Origin: an uncultured beta proteobacterium
GTDB lineage: Bacteria > Pseudomonadota > Gammaproteobacteria > Burkholderiales > JAEUMW01
Length of the DNA: 64,000 nt
Direction: 5' to 3'
NCBI GenBank assembly: GCA_963747225.1
Contig: CAVVES010000018.1
Location: 257,346-321,345, forward strand
The position numbers and the translations under genes were made by a program. Under the pieces are notes generated by a model. That model was not told the DNA's origin, made no database searches, and was given only the letters and a program-made list of their open reading frames with translations. Of this stretch, positions 10,590 through 20,007 are shown piece after piece (position 1 is the stretch's first letter; each line of letters begins with the position of its first letter).

Positions 10590-10699
10590 CGGAGGCGGGT
10601 CGATCGCAACGCTGCGCCTGTGAATATAAATTGCGTTAATTTCGGCGAATGGCCGCCAAACGCTGGACACAATGGCGCGAACTGCGGCAAACTCCACGG

Positions 10700-11158
10700 A
10701 TGAGCGCGCCGACTCCGCAAGCAATTCTCGTCCTGCACGGCCCGAATCTGAATCTCCTTGGCACCCGCGAACCCGGACACTACGGCCGCACGACGCTCGA
10801 GCAGATCGATGCGGCTGTGGCGCACCGGGCGCAGAGCGCCGGCGTACGACTTGACACCTTCCAGAGCAATTCGGAGGCGGCGCTGATCGAGCGGGTGCAC
10901 GAAGCCGCGCGCACGGGAACGGACTTCATCATCATCAACCCGGCCGCGTTTACGCATACGAGCGTCGCGTTGCGGGATGCCCTCGCGGCGGTCGGCGTGC
11001 CGTTCATTGAGGTCCACCTCTCGAACATCTTTTCGCGCGAATCGTTCCGCCATCATTCCTACTTCAGCGATCTCGCGGTTGGCACGATCACCGGGCTCGG
11101 GGCTCGGGGATACGAGCTCGCCCTGGAATTCGCACTCGGCTATCGCAGGGGAGGCTGA
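10700..11158 (+). CDS. aroQ: type II 3-dehydroquinate dehydratase
   Basis: [38 protein letters not shown]. The internal ATG of ORF 10649..11158 is preferred as start. Confidence 0.9.
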   Translation: MSAPTPQAILVLHGPNLNLLGTREPGHYGRTTLEQIDAAVAHRAQSAGVRLDTFQSNSEAALIERVHEAARTGTDFIIINPAAFTHTSVALRDALAAVGVPFIEVHLSNIFSRESFRHHSYFSDLAVGTITGLGARGYELALEFALGYRRGG

Positions 11159-11160
11159 GC

Positions 11161-11619
11161 ATGGATTTACGAAAACTCAAGAAGTTGATCGACCTCGTGG
11201 AACAGTCGGGGATCGCCGAGCTGGAGATCACCGAGGGGGAAGAGCGTGTGCGGATTGCGCGCGTGGGCGCCCAGGCTCAGGTGGTAGCTGCCGCACCGAC
11301 GGCCGTGACTGCGGCCCCGAGCGGGACGGCCGCGCGGCCGTCGGAAGCGGCGGCGGAAGGCGCGGGAGAACCGGCCGTGCCCGAGGGTCACGTGGTCAAA
11401 TCCCCCATGGTGGGCACCCTGTACCGGGCCGCCTCGCCCGGCGCACCCAGTTTCGTCGAGGTCGGGTCTCAGGTGAAGGAGGGGGACACCCTTTGCATCA
11501 TTGAAGCGATGAAGCTCCTCAACGAGATCGAATCGGACAAGACTGGCGTCGTCAAGGCGATCCTCGTCGATAATGGCCAGCCCGTCGAGTTCGGTGAACC
11601 TCTCTTCGTCATCGCCTGA
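11161..11619 (+). CDS. accB: acetyl-CoA carboxylase biotin carboxyl carrier protein
   Basis: 152 aa, Ala/Pro linker, biotinylation motif [15 protein letters not shown]. Confidence 0.9.
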   Translation: MDLRKLKKLIDLVEQSGIAELEITEGEERVRIARVGAQAQVVAAAPTAVTAAPSGTAARPSEAAAEGAGEPAVPEGHVVKSPMVGTLYRAASPGAPSFVEVGSQVKEGDTLCIIEAMKLLNEIESDKTGVVKAILVDNGQPVEFGEPLFVIA

Positions 11620-11664
11620 GACGGATCGATCGCCCGGGGCTAGTCCTTCACTTCTCCCTCGCCC

Positions 11665-13017
11665 ATGTTCGAGAAGATACTGATTGCCAACCGCGGAGAA
11701 ATCGCGCTTCGCATCCAGCGCGCCTGCCGCGAGCTCGGGATCCGGACCGTAGTCGTGCATTCCGAGGCAGACAGGGAGGCGAAGTACGTGCGCCTTGCCG
11801 ATGAGTCCGTCTGCATCGGACCCCCGCGATCGAGCGAGAGCTATCTAAACATTCCCGCGATCATCAGCGCCGCGGAAGTGACGGACGCCGAGGCCATCCA
11901 TCCCGGCTACGGGTTCCTCTCGGAAAACGCGGACTTTGCCGAAAAGGTGGAGAAGAGCGGCTTCGTATTCATCGGACCACGCCCCGAGACCATCCGCCTC
12001 ATGGGCGACAAGGTGAGTGCCAAGCAGGCCATGAGGCGCGCGGGCGTGCCGTGCGTGCCCGGGGGAGAGGGCGCGCTCCCCGAAACCCCAGCGGAGATCG
12101 TGAAGCTCGCGCGCACGATCGGCTATCCGGTCATCATCAAGGCGGCGGGCGGCGGTGGTGGTCGCGGCATGCGCGTGGTGCACACCGAGGCGGCGCTTCT
12201 GAATGCGGTAGCGACGACCAAGGCCGAAGCCCAAGGCGCGTTCGGCAATTCCATGGTGTATCTGGAGAAGTATCTCGAACATCCCCGTCACGTCGAGATC
12301 CAGGTGCTCGCCGACGAGCATCGTAACGCGATTCACATCGGCGACCGGGATTGCTCCATGCAGCGGCGCCACCAGAAGATCATCGAGGAGGCGCCGGCGC
12401 CCCTCATTCCGCCGCGCGAAAGGGCAAGGATTGGCGAGCGCTGTGCGGAGGCCTGCCGCAAGATCAACTACCGCGGGGCCGGCACCTTCGAGTTCCTGTT
12501 CGAGGACGGCGAGTTCTATTTCATCGAGATGAACACCCGCGTGCAGGTCGAGCACCCGGTGACCGAGATGATCACGGGCATCGACATCGTGCAGGAGCAG
12601 ATACGCATCGCAGCGGGCGAGCGCCTGAAGGTGAAGCAGCGGGACGTCATCTTTCGGGGTCACTCCATCGAATGTCGCATCAACGCCGAGGACCCTTACA
12701 AGTTCACGCCATCGCCGGGCCGGATCCTTTCCTATCATCCCCCGGGCGGCCCGGGCATCCGCGTGGACACCCACATCTACGCCAATTACACCGTGCCGTC
12801 CTACTACGATTCCCTGATCGGCAAGCTGATCGCCTACGGCGAGACGCGGGAGCAGGCCATCGCGCGGATGCGCGTCGCGCTCTCCGAGATGATCATCGAG
12901 GGGATCGTCACGAACATCCCGCTTCACCAACAACTGCTCACGGACGCGAATTTCCTGCGCGGCGGGACGAGTATCCACTACCTGGAGCAGAAGCTCGCCG
13001 CCAGCAAAGGAGGGTGA
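11665..13017 (+). CDS. accC: acetyl-CoA carboxylase biotin carboxylase subunit
   Basis: 450 aa, [17 protein letters not shown]..., [24 protein letters not shown]. Confidence 0.95.
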   Translation: MFEKILIANRGEIALRIQRACRELGIRTVVVHSEADREAKYVRLADESVCIGPPRSSESYLNIPAIISAAEVTDAEAIHPGYGFLSENADFAEKVEKSGFVFIGPRPETIRLMGDKVSAKQAMRRAGVPCVPGGEGALPETPAEIVKLARTIGYPVIIKAAGGGGGRGMRVVHTEAALLNAVATTKAEAQGAFGNSMVYLEKYLEHPRHVEIQVLADEHRNAIHIGDRDCSMQRRHQKIIEEAPAPLIPPRERARIGERCAEACRKINYRGAGTFEFLFEDGEFYFIEMNTRVQVEHPVTEMITGIDIVQEQIRIAAGERLKVKQRDVIFRGHSIECRINAEDPYKFTPSPGRILSYHPPGGPGIRVDTHIYANYTVPSYYDSLIGKLIAYGETREQAIARMRVALSEMIIEGIVTNIPLHQQLLTDANFLRGGTSIHYLEQKLAASKGG

Positions 13018-13021
13018 GCGC

Positions 13022-13933
13022 ATGCTTGCCGACACCGGTGTTGCGATCTGGCAATCCGTCACCTTTCTGGTGCCCGGCGATGCGGTCGAAGCGGTGTCCG
13101 ACGCGTTGCTGGACGGCGGTGCCGCTTCGGTCGAGGCAGCCGACGGAAACATGTACCCCGGCCGCGAGATTCCGATCTACGGAGAGCCGGGCTCGACGCC
13201 ACAGCTTTGGGCGACCACCCGCCTGACTGCACTTTTTCCCAGGGACGCGGACGGTGCGTCCGTCGCGCGGATCGCCCTCGCATGTGCGGGAATGGAAGCC
13301 ACCGCGGGCATCGAGCAGGCGTGGCTCGACGATACCGACTGGGTGCGTCACACCCAGCAGCAGTTCCAACCGATCCGAATCTCCCAACGGCTATGGGTCG
13401 TCCCCACCTGGCACGAGCCGCGCGACCCATCCGCCGTGAACGTCGTACTCGATCCCGGGGTGACGTTCGGCACCGGCACTCACCCGACGACGCGGCTGTG
13501 CCTGGAATGGCTGGGCGATCATGTCGCGCCGGGTGATCGCGTGCTCGACTACGGCTGCGGCTCGGGCATCCTTGCCATCGCCGCGATGAAGCTCGGGGCA
13601 GGAACCGCAACCGGCGTGGACATCGATCCGCAGGCGGTGCTTGCCGCCGCGCGCAATGGTGAACGCAATCGGGTTGCCGCGCGCTTTGTCGCCCCGGACG
13701 CCCTGCCGCCCGGCGACTTCGACATCGTGATCGCGAACATCCTCACCAATCCCCTGCGCGCGCTGGCGCCGCTCCTTGCCGCGCGGGTGCGAGGGAGCGG
13801 TGGGAAGCTCGTCCTCTCCGGCATTCTCGAGCGTCAGGTTGCAGACGTGATGGCGAGCTACGCACCGACGATCCCCCTCACAGTGCACGCCACGGACGAT
13901 GGCTGGGCGCTTCTCACGGGTTTCCGGTCGTGA
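13022..13933 (+). CDS. prmA: ribosomal protein L11 methyltransferase
   Basis: 303 aa, FGTGTHPTTRLCLEWL, DYGCGSGILAIAA, conserved accC-prmA adjacency. Confidence 0.9.
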   Translation: MLADTGVAIWQSVTFLVPGDAVEAVSDALLDGGAASVEAADGNMYPGREIPIYGEPGSTPQLWATTRLTALFPRDADGASVARIALACAGMEATAGIEQAWLDDTDWVRHTQQQFQPIRISQRLWVVPTWHEPRDPSAVNVVLDPGVTFGTGTHPTTRLCLEWLGDHVAPGDRVLDYGCGSGILAIAAMKLGAGTATGVDIDPQAVLAAARNGERNRVAARFVAPDALPPGDFDIVIANILTNPLRALAPLLAARVRGSGGKLVLSGILERQVADVMASYAPTIPLTVHATDDGWALLTGFRS

Positions 13934-13949
13934 GCACTTCAACGTTCCC

Positions 13950-14837
13950 ATGAGCCTCGCAACCCGCTGCCCGATCTGCGACGCGCTGTTCCGGGTTACC
14001 AGCGACCAGTTGCGCGCGCGGGCCGGGCAGGTTCGCTGCGGCCGGTGCAACGCTGTGTTCGACGGCCTCGCGCATCTCGCCCCTGGACAGATGGATGCGG
14101 GGAGTTCGGCAGCGGACCCACCGGCGCCCGAAGCGTCCGTCGCACAGCCCACCGCCATGGAGTCCCTCGATTTCGTGGTGGATTCGCCGCTGCAAACGCG
14201 CACCACGGACGAGCTTCCGGTCGAGACCGAACAGGTCGTCCCTCAGCTTCCCGCGAGCGAACCACGGCCACCCGGAGCCGACTTCAGTGCGTGGAAGCCC
14301 GAACCGGATTTCGCCGTTGAGGATCGTGCGCCGGCCGCGCATTCCTGGCGTCGAAACTGGCGGAGCGTTACCGCGTCGGCGCTGCTCGCCCTCCTTCTCG
14401 TCGCACAGCTCGCGATGCGTCAGCGCGACGTGCTCGCTGCGGAGCATCCGGGCCTGCGCCCGATCCTGGCGGCGATGTGCGGCGTCTCCGGCTGCGAGCT
14501 TGCCCTGCCGCGCACCCAGGAGCGCCTGTCGATCGAGGGCGACGAGATGATCGTCGATGATCCGAAGGTGCCCGGCCGGATCACGCTGATCGTGACTTTG
14601 CGCAACAGCGCGCCTTTCGCGGTGGCGTTCCCTTCCCTGGAACTGTCGCTGCAGAATGCCCGCGACGAGGTACTGGCGCGACGTGTTCTCGGGCCGACCG
14701 AATACATCGAGCGCGGAACTTCCGTGGCGGACGGCCTGGCGGCCCACAGCGACGTCAACTTGCGCCTCGCCCTCGACACCGGGTCGGTGCGGGCCGAAGG
14801 CTATCGCATTTTTCTGTTCTACCCGGAGGCGCCGTAG
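13950..14837 (+). CDS. zinc-ribbon (MJ0042-type) / DUF3426-like membrane protein
   Basis: MSLATRCPICDALFRV...RCGRCNAVFDG double CxxC, one central TM segment. Internal ATG of ORF 13899..14837. Confidence 0.65.
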   Translation: MSLATRCPICDALFRVTSDQLRARAGQVRCGRCNAVFDGLAHLAPGQMDAGSSAADPPAPEASVAQPTAMESLDFVVDSPLQTRTTDELPVETEQVVPQLPASEPRPPGADFSAWKPEPDFAVEDRAPAAHSWRRNWRSVTASALLALLLVAQLAMRQRDVLAAEHPGLRPILAAMCGVSGCELALPRTQERLSIEGDEMIVDDPKVPGRITLIVTLRNSAPFAVAFPSLELSLQNARDEVLARRVLGPTEYIERGTSVADGLAAHSDVNLRLALDTGSVRAEGYRIFLFYPEAP

Positions 14838-14975
14838 GTGTTGAGATTGAATGCGCAAAGAGCGCTACAATGCCCGACCTCGCCGATGGCACGGCGCTGA
14901 ACGAAGCCAAGCCCTCCGGCTGACCGCGACGAAGTCGATACCCGTGCAACCCGACCGAAGATGGAGGAGAGAAAG

Positions 14976-15474
14976 ATGGCTGTTACCCTTGCGGGAAATA
15001 CGATCAGCGTAACCGGCACGTTCCTGAAACCTGGCGATCGCGCACCTGACTTCAGCCTGACCACGAAGGATCTGAAGGACGTTCTCCCTCGCGGAGTATG
15101 CGGGCAAGCGGAAAGTCCTCAACATCGTGCCCAGCCTGGACACGCCGACCTGCGCGAAAAGCACCCGCGTCTTCAACGAAAAGGCAGGCAGCGCGGCGAA
15201 CACGGTCGTGCTCGTGATCTCCGCAGATCTGCCCTTCGCCATGAGCCGGTTCTGCACCACCGAGGGCATCGAGAACGTGGTCACGCTTTCGACTTTCCGC
15301 GATCATGGCTTCCACGGCAAATACGGCGTCGACATCGGGGACAGCGCTCTCAAGGGACTCACCGCCCGCGCGGTGGTGGTGCTCGACGAGAACAACAAGG
15401 TCATCTATTCGCAGTTGGTCCCCGAGATCAAGCAGGAGCCCGACTACGAGGCTGCGCTGGCCGCGCTGAAGTAG
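14976..15474 (+). pseudogene. tpx: thiol peroxidase Tpx interrupted by a +1 frame change near 15084
   Basis: N-terminus [36 protein letters not shown] is in the frame of ORF 14961. The rest, [26 protein letters not shown]...[12 protein letters not shown], is in the frame of ORF 15127. The two align without gaps to the Tpx pattern if one extra C around 15084 is removed. Confidence 0.85.
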
Positions 15475-15566
15475 GGCCGGGTTGACTGACCGCGACACAC
15501 CGGCAGCGGAGTCGCCGCGGTCGCTCGCCGGCCGCGCGTGCAGTCACCCCACGACGGCAGGACCGG

Positions 15567-15905
15567 ATGAAGCGCGTATGGAAAGCGTTTTTCTATTCCA
15601 TGGCCGGACTCAAGGCCGCGTTCGCGCACGAAGAGGCGTTCCGCCAGGAGGTGTTCCTGGCGGCCGTGCTGATTCCCGTCGCCTTGTTCCTTCCGGCAAG
15701 TGGTGTCGGCAAAGCGCTGATGATCGGGGCGATTCTCGTCGTCCTAATCGTCGAGCTTCTGAATTCGGCCGTTGAGTCGGTCGTCGACCGCGTCTCCCTC
15801 GAGCATCACCCGCTCGCCAAGCGCGCGAAGGATACGGGAAGCGCTGCCGTTTTCGTCAGCCTCGTGAACGTGCCCGTGATCTGGCTGCTCGTCCTCATCG
15901 GCTGA
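15567..15905 (+). CDS. dgkA: diacylglycerol kinase
   Basis: 112 aa, three TM segments, AFRQE and VELLNSAVESVVDR motifs. Confidence 0.85.
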   Translation: MKRVWKAFFYSMAGLKAAFAHEEAFRQEVFLAAVLIPVALFLPASGVGKALMIGAILVVLIVELLNSAVESVVDRVSLEHHPLAKRAKDTGSAAVFVSLVNVPVIWLLVLIG

Positions 15906-15984
15906 ATCGCTCATCCGGCGCCGCGCCGGCCCGGGGCGGGCCCGATGCTATACTCCGCGCCTCCTTTTTCGCCTCGACTCCATC

Positions 15985-16920
15985 ATGCGCACCCTTATCT
16001 GCGGGTCTCTCGCCTTCGACACCATCATGGTGTTCCAGGATCGGTTCCAGAATCACATCCTTCCCGACAAGATCCACATCCTGAACGTGTCGTTCCTGGT
16101 TCCCCAGCTGCGCCGCGAGTTCGGCGGATGCGCCGGAAACATTGCATACAACCTCGACATAATCGGCGGCAAGCCGGTGGTCATGGCAACTGTCGGCGAA
16201 GACTTCGAGCCCTACGCGAAACGCTTCGAATCCCTGCGCATCGACCAGACCCACGTGCGCAGCGTTCCCGATTCCTACACCGCGCAGGCGTTCATCACGA
16301 CCGATCTCGACGACAATCAGATTACCGCCTTCCACCCCGGCGCGATGAATCATTCCCATGCGAACCATGTGACCGACGCGGCGGACATCGCCCTCGGGAT
16401 CGTGGCGCCGGACGGCCGCGACGGCATGCTGCAGCACGCCGCGGAATTCGCCGAGGCCGGCATCCCGTTCCTGTTCGATCCTGGTCAGGGGATGCCGATG
16501 TTCAACGGTGAGGAACTGCGGCTCTTCCTCGACCTCGCAGACTACGTCGCCCTCAACGACTACGAGGCACAACTGCTGCAGGAGCGCATCGGAGAGACAC
16601 TCGATACCCTGTCGCGGCGTGTGAAGGCCGTGATCGTCACGCGCGGCGCGGAGGGCTCGCTGATTCTCGCCGAAGGTAAACGCTACGGCATCCCGGCCGT
16701 TCAAGCCGAAGCGGTGGTCGATCCCACCGGCTGCGGGGATGCCTATCGGGCGGGCCTGCTCTACGGCATCGCCCACGGGTTCGACTGGCCCCAGACGGGT
16801 CGCCTTGCATCTCTCCTGGGCGCGCTGAAGATTGCACAGCGCGGTGGACAGAACCATTTCGCGAGCCGCAGTCAAATCGGGGACATGTACCGGGAAAAGT
16901 TCGGGAGTACGTTATGGTGA
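15985..16920 (+). CDS. PfkB-family carbohydrate/adenosine kinase
   Basis: 311 aa, GGCAGNIAYNL, C-terminal DPTGCGDAYRAGLL anion-hole motif. Confidence 0.7.
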   Translation: MRTLICGSLAFDTIMVFQDRFQNHILPDKIHILNVSFLVPQLRREFGGCAGNIAYNLDIIGGKPVVMATVGEDFEPYAKRFESLRIDQTHVRSVPDSYTAQAFITTDLDDNQITAFHPGAMNHSHANHVTDAADIALGIVAPDGRDGMLQHAAEFAEAGIPFLFDPGQGMPMFNGEELRLFLDLADYVALNDYEAQLLQERIGETLDTLSRRVKAVIVTRGAEGSLILAEGKRYGIPAVQAEAVVDPTGCGDAYRAGLLYGIAHGFDWPQTGRLASLLGALKIAQRGGQNHFASRSQIGDMYREKFGSTLW

Positions 16921-17399
16921 TCGAACATAGGGATTCATGGCGGACGAGCGCGGCAGCACTCGGCCTCCTCTTCGCGGCAGCAGCGCTCCAGGGCTGCGCG
17001 AGCAGCAAGGCGGGGGACGTGTATTCGCGCGATCAGGCGCGGACCGAGCAGAACGTGCGGATGGGAACCATCGAGGCGGTCCGTGAAGTTCAGATCGAAG
17101 GGACCAAGAGCGGGGTCGGTGCGGTCGCCGGTGGCGTCACGGGCGGCATCGCCGCGAGCACCATCGGCCACGGGACCGGAAGCGCGGTTGCCGCTGCAGT
17201 GGGCGCAATAGCTGGCGGCCTCGCGGGCGCCGCTGCGGAAGAGGGACTGACCAAGAACCAGGGACTCGAGATAACGGTGAAGCTCGACAGCGGCCAGATC
17301 ATTGCTGTGGTGCAGGCGGTCGACGCAAGAACCACTTTTCAGCCGGGCGATCGCGTCCGCGTTCTCTCGGGACAGGGCGTCACGCGCGTAAGCCGCTAG
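16914..17399 (+). CDS. glycine-zipper outer-membrane lipoprotein (SlyB-like)
   Basis: Lipobox LQGC, Gly-rich stretch GVGAVAGGVTGGIAASTIGHGTGSAVAAAVGAIAGGLAGAAA. Confidence 0.6.
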   Translation: MVIEHRDSWRTSAAALGLLFAAAALQGCASSKAGDVYSRDQARTEQNVRMGTIEAVREVQIEGTKSGVGAVAGGVTGGIAASTIGHGTGSAVAAAVGAIAGGLAGAAAEEGLTKNQGLEITVKLDSGQIIAVVQAVDARTTFQPGDRVRVLSGQGVTRVSR

Positions 17400-17494
17400 A
17401 CGCAGAGCCGGGTTGCGGGGCGACCCGCGATGAGTTACCGTTCACATCAAACCTTAACGTCACGGTAACTTTCCGGTCATTTCTCGCCCTTACC

Positions 17495-18277
17495 TTGGCG
17501 GAAATGGAACTCACCGAACCCGACATGCTTCTCAGGGAGAGCGGGCTCCACAAGAGCTTCCGCCATCGACTCTCCGTTCAGTACGCGTCCACCGCCGCTG
17601 AGGTGCGTGAAGCGCAGCGCCTCCGTTTCCGCGTCTTCGCCGAGGAGATGGGTGCGCGCCTGTCGTCCCGGGAACCCGGCATCGACTGCGACGCGTTCGA
17701 TCCCTATTGCGACCACCTGCTGGTGCGCGACATCGCGACCAATGAAGTGGTCGGAACCTATCGCATTCTCCCCAGCGCGCAGGCGCAGCGCATCGGCGGC
17801 CTGTATTCCGACGAGGAGTTCGATCTCGTGCGCCTCGCGCATTTGCGCGATCGCATGGTGGAGGTCGGACGCTCCTGCGTGCATCCGGACTATCGCAGCG
17901 GCTCAACCATCGCGCTGCTGTGGTCTGGGCTGGGCGAATACATGATCGATCACGGCTACGACTACCTGATCGGCTGCGCGAGCATCAGCATGGCCGACGG
18001 TGGTCACGTGGCCGCGAGCGTGTACAACCGCATCAAGTGCGACTACCTGAGCCCGCCGGAATATCGCGCGTTTCCGCGCTGCCCGCTGCCTCTCGATGCC
18101 CTCAACGGCAGTTTGCCCGCTGCGACCCCGACCCTCATCAAGGGCTATCTGCGGCTCGGTGCCTACGTCTGCGGCGCACCCGCGTGGGATCCGGATTTCA
18201 ACACGGCAGATCTGCTGATTCTGCTTCCGCTGTCCCGCATGACCCCGCGTTACCGCAAACACTTCCTCAAGGAATGA
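17495..18277 (+). CDS. GNAT-type N-acyltransferase (OlsB-like, ornithine-lipid type)
   Basis: 260 aa, AEVREAQRLRFRVFAEEMGA. Followed by a PlsC-type acyltransferase as in olsBA pairs. Confidence 0.6.
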   Translation: MAEMELTEPDMLLRESGLHKSFRHRLSVQYASTAAEVREAQRLRFRVFAEEMGARLSSREPGIDCDAFDPYCDHLLVRDIATNEVVGTYRILPSAQAQRIGGLYSDEEFDLVRLAHLRDRMVEVGRSCVHPDYRSGSTIALLWSGLGEYMIDHGYDYLIGCASISMADGGHVAASVYNRIKCDYLSPPEYRAFPRCPLPLDALNGSLPAATPTLIKGYLRLGAYVCGAPAWDPDFNTADLLILLPLSRMTPRYRKHFLKE

Positions 18278-19170
18278 GCGCCGGAAGCACCTCACTTCCG
18301 GTACGCTGCTGGCGCCTCACCCATCTCCTGCTGCTCCTCGCGGAGGGGCTGGCGCGAGTGCTCCTCGTCTACCCATTCCTGTCGCATCTCGCACGGGTCA
18401 CCATGATGCAGCGCTGGTGCACGCGCGTGGCGGGCGCGCTCAACCTTCGCATCGACGCACGCGGCGCGCCGCCGACCGACCGGTCGCAGCCTGCGCTCCT
18501 GGCCGCGAACCACGTGTCGTGGCTCGATATCTTCGTGATCAACGTGGTCTGCCCGACCCGGTTCGTTGCCAAGTCCGAGATTCGCGAGTGGCCACTCGTG
18601 GGCATCCTGTGCGAGCGCGCCGGCACCCTTTTCATCGAACGTGCGCGGCGCCGCGACACCGGGCGTCTGAACGAAATCATGCGCGCAGCGCTCGCCGAAG
18701 GAGACCGGGTGGCGGTGTTTCCCGAAGGGACGACGAGCGACGGCCGCGCTCTGCATCACTTTCACGCCTCGCTGCTGCAGCCTGCGATCGCCGTCGGCGC
18801 GGCGCTCTATCCGACTGGGGTTCGGTATCTGCGCACCGACGGCTCCGTCAACGTCGCGGCGGCCTACTACGGGGACATGTCGCTGCTGCAGTCGATTCAG
18901 CAGCTCATCGCTCAGCGCGAATTGCGTGCGGAGGTGATCTTCGCGCCGCCTATTCCGAGCGTGAACCGGAAACGACGCGAGCTCGCGCGAGAAGCCGAGC
19001 GGGCTATTGCGGCCGCTTTGTCCCTCGAAGTCGTGCACAGGAAACCTGGAACAGTCGCCGATCGTCCAGCCGCACCGCCGTCAGAGTCCCACCCCACACG
19101 CATCCGCTGTCCAGAGCCAGCAGTCGTTCCTCCTGCCGCAGACCCAGCGCTGACCAGTGCCCGCAAATGA
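18274..19170 (+). CDS. lysophospholipid (PlsC-family) acyltransferase, OlsA-like
   Basis: Internal ATG of ORF 17920..19170. HX4D motif NHVSWLD and FPEGTTSDG. The C-terminal tail overlaps the apaH 3' end. Confidence 0.65.
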   Translation: MSAGSTSLPVRCWRLTHLLLLLAEGLARVLLVYPFLSHLARVTMMQRWCTRVAGALNLRIDARGAPPTDRSQPALLAANHVSWLDIFVINVVCPTRFVAKSEIREWPLVGILCERAGTLFIERARRRDTGRLNEIMRAALAEGDRVAVFPEGTTSDGRALHHFHASLLQPAIAVGAALYPTGVRYLRTDGSVNVAAAYYGDMSLLQSIQQLIAQRELRAEVIFAPPIPSVNRKRRELAREAERAIAAALSLEVVHRKPGTVADRPAAPPSESHPTRIRCPEPAVVPPAADPALTSARK

Positions 19171-19831
19171 CGGTGCGGTCGCGGCTGGCGCGGCCCGGCA
19201 CCGCGAACCACGGCAGGTAGCCCGCCGGCACGTCTTCCGCGCCGCCACTGAACCCGAAGTCCATCTTGCCGTCGGGCGTGCACACGCGCATCCGGGTCAT
19301 CGCATTCACGATCACGCGCAGCCTGTCAGCGCTGGCGAGCGAGTCGCTCCAGCGGTTCGGCTGGTTTCCGTACATGCGCGCGAGAAATCGCCGGAAGCGC
19401 TTGCCGCGTAGTGCCGATTCCACCTCTTGCGCGAGCGCGAGCGCCTGATCTGTCGTCCACTGGGGCAGCAGGCCCGCGTGGACGAGAGCGTGCTCGCCCT
19501 CGATATGCATGAGGTTGCGCGAGCGCAGCCAATCGAGGATGTCTTCCCGGTCCGGCGCTCCAAGCACGTCATCGAGCGTGTCGCCCCGGTGCAGCTTGCG
19601 AATGCCCTCCGCGACGGCAATCAGATGGAGGTCGTGATTGCCGAGCGTGGTGACCGCCGCCTCGCCCAGCGCCATCACACGCCGCAGCACGGCCAGCGAT
19701 TGCGGACCGCGATTGACCAGATCGCCGACCAGCCAGAGCCGGTCGCGCGACGGCGCGAATTCGATCATCTCGAGCAGCAGCTCGAATGCTTCGTCGCAAC
19801 CTTGGATGTCCCCGACAGCATAGATGGACAT
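19004..19831 (-). CDS. apaH: bis(5'-nucleosyl)-tetraphosphatase, symmetrical
   Basis: MSIYAVGDIQGC..., GDLVNRGP, GNHD, CGHW. This is the last 276 codons of ORF 19004..20530; the upstream extension is not coding. Confidence 0.9.
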   Translation of the reverse strand: MSIYAVGDIQGCDEAFELLLEMIEFAPSRDRLWLVGDLVNRGPQSLAVLRRVMALGEAAVTTLGNHDLHLIAVAEGIRKLHRGDTLDDVLGAPDREDILDWLRSRNLMHIEGEHALVHAGLLPQWTTDQALALAQEVESALRGKRFRRFLARMYGNQPNRWSDSLASADRLRVIVNAMTRMRVCTPDGKMDFGFSGGAEDVPAGYLPWFAVPGRASRDRTVICGHWSALGLRQEERLLALDSGCVWGGTLTAVRLDDRRLFQVSCARLRGTKRPQ

Positions 19832-19844
19832 GTCGAGCGTGGAT

Positions 19845-19948
19845 GTTGAGGGGTGAAGGCGTGAAGGGGTGAAGGGGTGAGGGGGTGAGGGGGTGAGGGG
19901 GTGAGGGGGTGAGGGGGTGAGGGGGTGAGGGGGTGAATGAGTGAACGC
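19845..19948. repeat. tandem octanucleotide repeat, about 13 units, seven perfect GTGAGGGG (19877-19932)
   Basis: Read directly: GTTGAGGG GTGAAGGC GTGAAGGG x2 GTGAGGGG x7 GTGAATGA GTGAACGC. This gives G5 runs spaced by TGA on the + strand. Confidence 0.95.
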
Positions 19949-19957
19949 GCGTGGAGA

Positions 19958-19990
19958 CAAAAAAAGCGCAGACGAGAGTCTGCGCTTTTT
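19958..19990 (-). terminator. rho-independent terminator downstream of the cytochrome c gene (bidirectional A/T tracts)
   Basis: AAAAAAAGCGCAGAC-GAGA-GTCTGCGCTTTTT: perfect 8-bp GC-rich stem with T-runs on both strands. Confidence 0.7.
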
Positions 19991-20007
19991 GTTTCGGCTT
20001 GACCGGG

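Noticed and set aside
8350-13152. Long antisense ORFs over dsbD (8350..9540), accC (11845..13152) and similar ones over the transglutaminase (41736..42959), ACAD (24661..25848) and ureC (35549..36376)
   Set aside because: In each case the opposite strand carries a gene with strong family motifs, and these translations have none.
19845-19948. Possible CRISPR array
   Set aside because: The units are 8 bp and directly abutting, with no spacers. It is a microsatellite-type tandem repeat.
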